Shown here: piece by piece, positions 1 through 6,290 of the stretch
Layout of the letters: each line of letters opens with the position of its first letter
Position numbering within the stretch: the first letter of the stretch is position 1
Origin: Armatimonadota bacterium
Lineage (GTDB): Bacteria > Armatimonadota > Hebobacteria > CAIYQO01
Length of the DNA stretch: 13,508 nucleotides
Direction of reading: 5' to 3'
Assembly: GCA_038248345.1 (NCBI GenBank)
Contig: JBBRXO010000074.1
Location: forward strand, 1 to 13,508
Notes under the pieces: generated by a model
Database searches by the model: none
Told to the model about the DNA's origin: nothing
Seen by the model: the letters and a program-made list of their open reading frames with translations, nothing else
Translations under genes and position numbers: made by a program

Positions 1-24
1 AGCCAGGATCAAACTCTCCAAATA
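1..24 (-). rRNA. rrs: 16S rRNA, 5' end only (continues beyond the left edge of the window)
   Basis: Reverse complement of 1-17 is AGAGTTTGATCCTGGCT, the universal 16S 5' (27F) sequence. The mature 5' end at ~24 is placed by analogy to E. coli numbering. Confidence 0.95.
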
Positions 25-30
25 ATATAT

Positions 31-57
31 CTTAACACTGATTCTCATCAGCGTAAG
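31..57 (-). other. Pre-16S leader hairpin with GAGA tetraloop
   Basis: Minus strand CUUACGCUGAU-GAGA-AUCAGUGUUAAG forms a ~11 bp stem (one G-U pair, one bulge) with a GNRA loop, just upstream of the mature 16S. Confidence 0.6.
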
Positions 58-114
58 TTACCTTGGACTTTTCGTTGACCACAGGCCCCGCATTTTCTAT
101 TTCAAGCGTCCGAA

Positions 115-137
115 CACTGTTCAGTTGTCAAGGTACA
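115..137 (-). promoter_or_regulatory. rrn leader boxA-like antitermination / processing-stem element
   Basis: Minus strand TGTACCTTGACAACTGAACAGTG resembles the boxA-type leader motif (TGCTCTTTAACA / CTTTGAAAACTGAAC) and lies ~100 nt upstream of 16S. Confidence 0.7.
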
Positions 138-144
138 TTCGTCA

Positions 145-160
145 GCCCACCGAAATGGGC
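145..160 (-). promoter_or_regulatory. boxB-like hairpin with UUCG loop
   Basis: Minus strand GCCCAU-UUCG-GUGGGC lies immediately upstream of the boxA-like element, matching the usual boxB-boxA order. Confidence 0.6.
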
Positions 161-162
161 AC

Positions 163-200
163 AATAAAAAGAGGCCACCACCAAACTGGCTGGCTACCTC
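163..200 (-). terminator. Intrinsic-terminator-like hairpin downstream of rrn P2
   Basis: Minus strand GAGGU-A-GCCA-G-CCA-GUU-UGG-UGGU-G-GCCUC followed by UUUUUAUU. The G-U pairs favour the minus strand. Confidence 0.55.
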
Positions 201-244
201 TTCACTTCGCATTCAACTTTATTCAAGTCTCAATGACGAGGTTT

Positions 245-273
245 ATCTTACCGCTTTTCAGACTTCATGTCAA
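245..273 (-). promoter_or_regulatory. rRNA promoter P2 (sigma70/sigmaA type)
   Basis: TTGACA (273-268), 17 bp spacer, TAAGAT (250-245), oriented toward 16S. Likely +1 is G at ~237. Confidence 0.85.
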
Positions 274-347
274 GGCTTTAGCAGAAGTTTTTTAAGACTT
301 CGTTAAAACCATGTTTCTGTCTGATTAGCAGGTTCGCCGTCTGGCAC

Positions 348-384
348 AAAAAAATGAGGTTTCCGGCTTCTCGTCGGTCACCTC
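348..384 (-). terminator. Intrinsic-terminator-like hairpin downstream of rrn P1
   Basis: Minus strand GAGGU-GA-CCGAC-GAGAA-GCCGG-AA-ACCUC followed by AUUUUUUU. The stem is imperfect (2x2 internal loop, one A-C mismatch). Confidence 0.5.
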
Positions 385-425
385 TTCGTTATAGCACCGT
401 TCAGTTCACCCTGAAGACGAGAGTT

Positions 426-454
426 ATAATACCTGTAATCCCTCCCCTCGTCAA
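426..454 (-). promoter_or_regulatory. rRNA promoter P1 (sigma70/sigmaA type)
   Basis: TTGACG (454-449), 17 bp spacer, TATTAT (431-426), with an A/T-rich UP-like tract at ~468-482. Likely +1 is G at ~418. Confidence 0.8.
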
Positions 455-558
455 GGGCTTTTACCCGTTATTTTCAAATTATCGCACATCTTCCCGATTT
501 ACCAGAAGGTTAGGCATACCACTTAGCGAATCTTTACAGAACGATAGGAGGTATTATC

Positions 559-3500
559 GTGGATTTTAGTAATTTTCATACGCCACAAATGAAGTGGCGT
601 CCTGCGCCTTTTTGGGCGATCAATGATCGACTTGACCCGGCTGAATGTTCGCGCCAGGTTACCGACATGCTCAATGTCGGGCTTTCTGGAGTGTTCTTTC
701 ATTCCCGTTCCGGCCTGGTGACAGACTATCTGGGTGACGAGTGGTTCGCCGCGCTGGATGCATCATTAGCAACTGCGAAGGCGGGTGACGGCTTTGTCTG
801 GCTCTATGATGAGGATCGTTGGCCCAGTGGCAATGCCGGTGGCATGGTTGCGGCGTTAGAAGACGAGTTCCGCGCCGCCTTCCTGCAGGCCGAGCTGATT
901 CCGGCGGACTGTGCGCTGAACGAATATCCGGTAGATACAGTTGCGCTTGCTGCGTACATCATCTCACGCGATAATATGGTTATCACTTCCATCCAACGCG
1001 TCACTATTGAGGAGGCAGCGGTTCGGACTGATGTAGAACGGTTGATCCTTATCCGTAAATATGAGGAAAAGGGCTGGTACTGGAACGGAGAATCTTCTTC
1101 AAATCTACTAAATCCGAAAGCTGTGCTTGCTTACCTGCAAATGACGCACGATAAATATGCCGAGCATTATCGCGATGACTTCGATGGAGCGGTTCCCGGC
1201 ATGTTCACAGATGAGCCAGCAATCCGATTTAACGGCTTAGAGGTCTCCTGGTATGATGGCCTCCCGGAGATATATCTGGAATGGACCGGACGCGACCTCT
1301 GGGCAGATCTTCCCTATTTGTTCTTCGATGGCGCTGATTGCCGTGCGATCCGTCTGCTAATTCATCGCACCATTAACCGGCAATTCACCGAGGCGTATAC
1401 TAAACAGATATTTGACTGGTGCGAGGTTAATCATTTGCCGATGACCGGACACTTCGTGATTGAGGATACGCTGGAGGGCCAGCTACATTTTAACGGTGGC
1501 CCAGTAATGCCACATTATCGCTATGAGCATATTCCCGGCGTTGACCATCTGAGCCGCGAGACTGATGAACAACTTCTCACCCATAAGCAAGTAAACAGCG
1601 CCGCCCGACAACTGGGGCGCAAACGCGTACTAACAGAACTATTCGGCGTCAGTCGCCACACCAACACTTTCGCGGATTTCCGCTGGATCGGCGACTTTAA
1701 TCTGGTCTTCGGCTCCAATTTCTTCTGCCCCCATCTCTCGTTATATTCAGCACGGGGACGGCGCAAACGGGATTACCCGCCCAACTGGAACTATCAGCAA
1801 AGCTACTGGAATGAACTACGCCCGCTAAATGATTACTTCGCCCGCGTTGGCGATCTACTCGCCGTTGGCGAAGCGAAGGTAGATATCCTCTTGCTTCACC
1901 CGATTGATACCGCTATGGCAGGTCATCGCATGGAAGTAAAAAGTACCCTTCAAATGCCCAGCGAAACGTTGAAGGATGCACGCGATACGGAGCGTCTACT
2001 GCGCCGTTCCCTTGACGCAATTCTCAACGCTGGCTTCGACTGTGACCTAGGGGATGAAACCTACCTGGCAGAGATGGGTGAAGTCGTCGCCGATCAACTT
2101 CGGATTGGAATGATGCACTACCGTGTCATTGTAGTCCCCCCGGCGTATACCTGGCGGCCTACCACGCTGGCATTGCTACAGCAGTTCGCCGCCGCAGGTG
2201 GCAAACTGATCTTCCTCGGCGCATTACCTACGGAAGTCGACTGCGTACCCGCGCAAGACATCTGGGTTGCCCTGGCCGCACAGAGCATTATCACCCCCTG
2301 CGCACGCGAACAAATCCAAGAGGCGATTGCTAAAGTTGCTGCGCCCTCCTTCACCCTTCGAGATGAAGAGGGGCAATTCCTCAAGAGCGTCTATCTTCAA
2401 CATCGCGTGGATGGTGAACAGCAGCTGTTCTTTATTGTCAACAATTCGCGCCACATGACACAGCATTGCCGCATTATCCTCCTTGGTGGGGCAAAGACTC
2501 CGCTAGGTATATGGGATGCTCTATCCGCCACCCGGAGTGAAGCAAAGGGTGACGAAGTAGCGAAGGATCTATGCTATAGCTTCACTCTACCACCGATGGT
2601 CTCGATCATTCTGGTTGCTGGTGAAGACGCCCTGGGCGATGAGAAACCACTTGTTCAAGTGCCGGATATGTCCAACGGACACGCAACCATGTTACCAGCA
2701 GCGTGGAACTTCTCCCGTTCCGAGGAGAACGTTCTCGTCCTCGATCGCCTATCAGCATCAATTGACGGCGGCCACTCCTGGCTGTCCGAAGATATGGATT
2801 TTCGTGTACGGACAAAATTGGTAGCTCATTTCGGCCTGGGCGAGGCATTATGGTGGCAGCCATGGGTAGCAATCCGCAAGGGGATTTTCGACAGAATAGG
2901 TGGCCCGGTAACGCTGCGCTATCGTTTCACCAGTGAACTGGCAAATCCACGCGCGGCACTTGTTATCGAGGATATTACCAAGGGCACACTGACGGTGAAC
3001 GGCGCTGTAGTAACGACCGATAATCCGGCCTGGCACTGGGACCACGACTTTGGAAAGGTAGATATCAGCCAATTTGTTGTTGCGGGCGAGAATGTTGTTG
3101 ACTTCACCGTTGATTACGACTTTCAAACTGAAGTGGAACCTGCCTACATCGTGGGTGACTTCGGGGTACGATTATCTACACCTTACGAAGGTGTAATCAT
3201 ATCTGAGCCGGGCGTGCTGCGCAATGGATCATGGCAAGAGCAAGGATACCCCTTCTACTCCGGCACGATGACCTACAGCACCACGTTCCCTGCAGCGCCA
3301 CAGGTGGGGCTACGCACCTTCCTGCGCTTGCGGCGTGCCTCCGGCATCCTCTTCAAGGTACGACTGAACGGCTCCGAGCTGGAGAATATCCTCTGGCGTC
3401 CACATGTGGTGGAGCTGACCAATGCGTTAAATCCAGGTGAAAATACCCTGCAAATAGATGTCATCAGCAGCCGCCAGAACTCGTTAGGGCCACTGCATGA

Positions 3501-3627
3501 AAAAGAAGGTGATGATAATACCTGGTGCGGCCCCAATGCCTTCGACGATGAGCGCTGGGTACGCGACGAATTCTCCTTGTTCGACTACGGACTGCTCGAC
3601 GGAGCGGAGATTGTGCAGGTGGGGTAA
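559..3627 (+). CDS. Glycoside hydrolase, GH106 (alpha-L-rhamnosidase)-like, with C-terminal beta-sandwich domains, 1022 aa
   Basis: GTG start with AGGAGGT SD at 546-552. Motifs PAPFWAIN, FFHSRSGL, WLYDEDRWPSG, GMFTDEP, PGVDHL, TELFG, RKRDYPP and C-terminal GYPFYSG. No signal peptide. Substrate uncertain. Confidence 0.8.
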   Translation: MDFSNFHTPQMKWRPAPFWAINDRLDPAECSRQVTDMLNVGLSGVFFHSRSGLVTDYLGDEWFAALDASLATAKAGDGFVWLYDEDRWPSGNAGGMVAALEDEFRAAFLQAELIPADCALNEYPVDTVALAAYIISRDNMVITSIQRVTIEEAAVRTDVERLILIRKYEEKGWYWNGESSSNLLNPKAVLAYLQMTHDKYAEHYRDDFDGAVPGMFTDEPAIRFNGLEVSWYDGLPEIYLEWTGRDLWADLPYLFFDGADCRAIRLLIHRTINRQFTEAYTKQIFDWCEVNHLPMTGHFVIEDTLEGQLHFNGGPVMPHYRYEHIPGVDHLSRETDEQLLTHKQVNSAARQLGRKRVLTELFGVSRHTNTFADFRWIGDFNLVFGSNFFCPHLSLYSARGRRKRDYPPNWNYQQSYWNELRPLNDYFARVGDLLAVGEAKVDILLLHPIDTAMAGHRMEVKSTLQMPSETLKDARDTERLLRRSLDAILNAGFDCDLGDETYLAEMGEVVADQLRIGMMHYRVIVVPPAYTWRPTTLALLQQFAAAGGKLIFLGALPTEVDCVPAQDIWVALAAQSIITPCAREQIQEAIAKVAAPSFTLRDEEGQFLKSVYLQHRVDGEQQLFFIVNNSRHMTQHCRIILLGGAKTPLGIWDALSATRSEAKGDEVAKDLCYSFTLPPMVSIILVAGEDALGDEKPLVQVPDMSNGHATMLPAAWNFSRSEENVLVLDRLSASIDGGHSWLSEDMDFRVRTKLVAHFGLGEALWWQPWVAIRKGIFDRIGGPVTLRYRFTSELANPRAALVIEDITKGTLTVNGAVVTTDNPAWHWDHDFGKVDISQFVVAGENVVDFTVDYDFQTEVEPAYIVGDFGVRLSTPYEGVIISEPGVLRNGSWQEQGYPFYSGTMTYSTTFPAAPQVGLRTFLRLRRASGILFKVRLNGSELENILWRPHVVELTNALNPGENTLQIDVISSRQNSLGPLHEKEGDDNTWCGPNAFDDERWVRDEFSLFDYGLLDGAEIVQVG

Positions 3628-3636
3628 GAGCGAGAG

Positions 3637-3667
3637 CCCATGGCCGCTGGGGATCAACGGCCATGGG
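3637..3667. terminator. Inverted repeat between convergent genes (probable terminator or REP-like element)
   Basis: CCCATGGCCG (3637-3646) and CGGCCATGGG (3658-3667) are perfect 10 bp arms, extendable to 13 bp with a G-U pair on the minus strand. No U-tract. Confidence 0.65.
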
Positions 3668-3671
3668 TGCA

Positions 3672-3727
3672 CTGGGAAAGTAGGCGGGACGCCCATGCTA
3701 CGGGGCGAGCGAGACTACATTTCCCAG
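3672..3727. repeat. GTAG-type REP-like element nested in an imperfect inverted repeat
   Basis: Minus strand 3701-3680 reads GTAGCATGGGCGTCCCGCCTAC (GTAG plus GGCG-TCC-CGCC hairpin). Outer arms are CTGGGAAAGTAG (3672-3683) and CTACATTTCCCAG (3715-3727). Confidence 0.5.
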
Positions 3728-3734
3728 CAAATCC

Positions 3735-4781
3735 TCACTCTTCGTCATCCAAATAACCACATAATTCGATAATCCGCTCTATTCCCCACTCGGCGTGGTC
3801 ACGGACTAGCGGGTCTTCATCCTGCAGCATCCCCTGCAGGACAGGCAAATTTGCTGCATCCCCGATATTGCCTAGCGCTATGCAGGCGTTGCGGAGCAGG
3901 CCGCTGCGCTTGGTGCGGTAGAGGGAGGTGTGGCGGAAGCGCTGTTTGAAGTCATTATCTGTGAGACGAAGGATTGCCTGCAGATCCGGCATCGCCTCGG
4001 TGGCGGCGAGCTTGGGGCTTCCCGGCGCCGGGACGGCGTTGTGCGGGCAGGCGTCCTGGCAGCTGTCGCAGCCAAAGAGCCTGCCCCCCTGCAACGGGCG
4101 AATCTCCTCGGGGGTAGCCCCCTTATGCTCAATGGTGAGATAAGATAGGCAACGACGTGCATCCACTACGCCAGGCGTGACAATCGCCCCGGTGGGACAC
4201 GCTACACGGCAAAGATTACAGTCTCCGCAGGTGCCGCTAACCGGAATTGACGGAAGTAACGGTAAATTTGTGAGAATACCGCCAATGACGAAACGGGAAC
4301 CAAAGCGGGGATGAATGAGCAAACTATGCTGCCCCACCCAGCCCAGCCCCGCGCGGCGCGCCAACTCACGTTCTGGTAATGGTGTGGCATCGACAAAAAC
4401 CCGACATTGGGCATCGGTATAGGTAGTGGATATTTCACCACTGAGCTGCCAGAGAATCTCCCCGATAACTGTGTGGTAGTCCGCCCCACGCGCATAGGCC
4501 GCTACTCTCCCAACTTCTGACTCGCCTGGTTGAGGGGCAGCATAGGGCAGGGCTATGAGGAGAGCGGCCCGTGCGCCGGGCAGCAAATTCTCCGGGTGAT
4601 CGCGCAGCAGCAGGTGCCGCTGCAGATAATCCATGTCCGCGCCGTAACCATGAGACAACCACTCGCCCAGCGGTGCGGCATCCAGACCCACCAACCCGGC
4701 GACCCCGGCTTCACCCGCTCCCAGTGCGCAGGCACGAGAGATCAGTTGCGCGGTATCAGATGCCGGGTCGAAATCTATCAT
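3735..4781 (-). CDS. queG: tRNA epoxyqueuosine(34) reductase QueG, 348 aa
   Basis: MDYL, YARGADYH, VDATPLPERELARRAGLGWVG, Fe-S motifs CGDCNLCRVACPTGA, RCLSYLTIE and GCDSCQDACPHN, and a C-terminal HEAT-like repeat (RNACIALGN...DPLVRDHAEW). Confidence 0.95.
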   Translation of the reverse strand: MIDFDPASDTAQLISRACALGAGEAGVAGLVGLDAAPLGEWLSHGYGADMDYLQRHLLLRDHPENLLPGARAALLIALPYAAPQPGESEVGRVAAYARGADYHTVIGEILWQLSGEISTTYTDAQCRVFVDATPLPERELARRAGLGWVGQHSLLIHPRFGSRFVIGGILTNLPLLPSIPVSGTCGDCNLCRVACPTGAIVTPGVVDARRCLSYLTIEHKGATPEEIRPLQGGRLFGCDSCQDACPHNAVPAPGSPKLAATEAMPDLQAILRLTDNDFKQRFRHTSLYRTKRSGLLRNACIALGNIGDAANLPVLQGMLQDEDPLVRDHAEWGIERIIELCGYLDDEE

Positions 4782-4783
4782 TC

Positions 4784-5716
4784 CTAATCCTTAACGCAAT
4801 TGGGCGCGATATATCCTGAAGCTGCTCGGCGTGCTGCTAATGCAGCCCCAACTAAGCCAACGTTTTCGCCCATCGAAGCCAACGACATGGGTATATACCG
4901 CTCATAACCAGCAAGCACTGCAGCGATATTGGGATGCAGGTAGTCCCATAGTGTATACGCCAGATAACCTTTGAAGACTATCTCACACGGATCCAGTACA
5001 CGTACAATATTCATGATGCCCGAGCCGATCCAACTACCGGTCTCCTGCACCAGCCGGTGTGCCATACCATCACCGTTAGCCAACAATTCCGGTAGATAGC
5101 TTAAACGCATACAATCCTCATGCTGCGTCCAGTGCCCCTCACGCCAGAGCTTGCTCAAGCGATTTTTCAGCGCACGTCCGCTGGCCAGTGCATCAAGACA
5201 GCCGCGATGTCCGAGCCGGCAGTAGCTGTCTGCGGTATGATCGATAATCATATGCCCCACCTCACCAGCCGTGCCCATATGCCCTTCGTACAGCTCGCCG
5301 TCGATGACAATACCGCCGCCGATACCTGCCGATATCGTCATCAGCAGAAAGCTATGCTTGCCGGACAAACGTGGATTATAATGTCCTTCCGCTAATGCTG
5401 CGGCTTTGGCATCATTCAGAATCGCTACCGGTCGCTTCAGTCCCAGCATATCCTCCAGCGGATATTCGATCATATTCATCGAGCCAGAAGTTACCAGTCC
5501 GCCTTTTTCCACCATTCCGCCGATGGCAATGCCCACCACCGGGTCATCAGCAGTCACCGAGTAACTCTCCACAATACGCTTGATGTGCTCTACCACTTCC
5601 TCGGGACGGCTGGGGGAGTCAAATTTAACCTGCTGGCTCACGCGGCCATCAGCATCTACTAAACCACTTCGGAAACGCATTCCGCCTATATCGAATGCAA
5701 TATCTTGATTTGCCAT
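4784..5716 (-). CDS. ROK family protein (sugar kinase-like, no HTH domain), 310 aa
   Basis: FDIGG, NDAKAAALAE, GIGGGIV, G..AGEVGHM, C..GHRGCLDALASG and C-terminal GLVGAA. SD GGAG at 5727-5724. Confidence 0.9.
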   Translation of the reverse strand: MANQDIAFDIGGMRFRSGLVDADGRVSQQVKFDSPSRPEEVVEHIKRIVESYSVTADDPVVGIAIGGMVEKGGLVTSGSMNMIEYPLEDMLGLKRPVAILNDAKAAALAEGHYNPRLSGKHSFLLMTISAGIGGGIVIDGELYEGHMGTAGEVGHMIIDHTADSYCRLGHRGCLDALASGRALKNRLSKLWREGHWTQHEDCMRLSYLPELLANGDGMAHRLVQETGSWIGSGIMNIVRVLDPCEIVFKGYLAYTLWDYLHPNIAAVLAGYERYIPMSLASMGENVGLVGAALAARRAASGYIAPNCVKD

Positions 5717-5744
5717 CTATCTACTCCGACACTCCCGTGTCACT

Positions 5745-6128
5745 TCAATCAGTGGAAAAAGGTAATTCTTCCCCGGTAATCCGCATTATTTCGTTTTTAT
5801 CATTCACAAACACAACCGTCGGATGCCAGCTGGCCGCCTCTTCCTGCGTCATCTGCGCATAGGCTACGATGATAGCAATATCACCGGGGTTGAAGTGATG
5901 CGCTGCCGGGCCATTGAGGCATATCACCCCACTGCCGCGAGCGCCAGCGATAACATAAGTCTCCAGGCGCGCCCCGGAACGCCGATTCAACACCTGCACC
6001 CGTTCGTGCTCCACTATCCCTGCTGCTTCCATCAGGTCAATGGCGATGGTGATACTGCCCACATAATCCAAATCGGCCTGTGTTACCGTACCACGATGTA
6101 TCTTCGCTTTGCATAAAGTCAATAACAT
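5745..6128 (-). CDS. panD: Aspartate 1-decarboxylase proenzyme PanD, 127 aa
   Basis: KAKIHRGTVTQADLDYVG/SIT with the G24-S25 pyruvoyl cleavage site, RLETYVI, and ICLNGPAAH. Confidence 0.96.
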   Translation of the reverse strand: MLLTLCKAKIHRGTVTQADLDYVGSITIAIDLMEAAGIVEHERVQVLNRRSGARLETYVIAGARGSGVICLNGPAAHHFNPGDIAIIVAYAQMTQEEAASWHPTVVFVNDKNEIMRITGEELPFSTD

Positions 6129-6137
6129 TGTAAGGTT

Positions 6138-6166
6138 ATTGTACCGTTATGGGGCGGGGAGAGCAA
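6138..6166 (-). promoter_or_regulatory. Promoter of panD-ROK-queG
   Basis: TTGCTC (6166-6161), 17 bp spacer, TACAAT (6143-6138). The -10 ends 9 nt before the ATG. Confidence 0.65.
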
Positions 6167-6241
6167 TATATGGAATATGGCAAATAGCGCTGATATGACC
6201 CTATATTCCCAATTAACCTGCTTTGTGCCGATTGTTTCCTA

Positions 6242-6270
6242 TTTCCCATCACTCCTTTACCGGGTATACT
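6242..6270 (+). promoter_or_regulatory. Putative promoter of TPR-bshC
   Basis: GG-TATACT at 6263-6270 with a weak -35 (TTTCCC, 6242-6247) at 17 bp. The -10 ends 20 nt before the ATG at 6291. Confidence 0.45.
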
Positions 6271-6290
6271 TACTGAATATCGGAGGGATT

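Noticed and set aside
126..131. TTGACA on the minus strand as a third rrn promoter
   Set aside because: No -10 at 16-18 bp. The hexamer lies inside the boxA-like element.
158..420. tRNA or known riboswitch in the rrn leader
   Set aside because: No cloverleaf or T-loop, and I recognise no T-box, PyrR, fluoride or purine aptamer consensus. An Rfam search is still needed.
354..569. 71 aa plus-strand ORF
   Set aside because: Antisense over the rrn P1 module, no SD, overlaps the GH106 start out of frame, and has no recognisable motif.
3713..3727. GACTACATTTCCCAG resembles a vertebrate promoter motif (ZNF143-associated)
   Set aside because: The context is clearly bacterial, and the sequence is explained as an arm of the local inverted repeat.
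6177..6290. N-terminal extension of the TPR ORF
   Set aside because: AT-rich promoter region; the SD and -10 point to ATG 6291.
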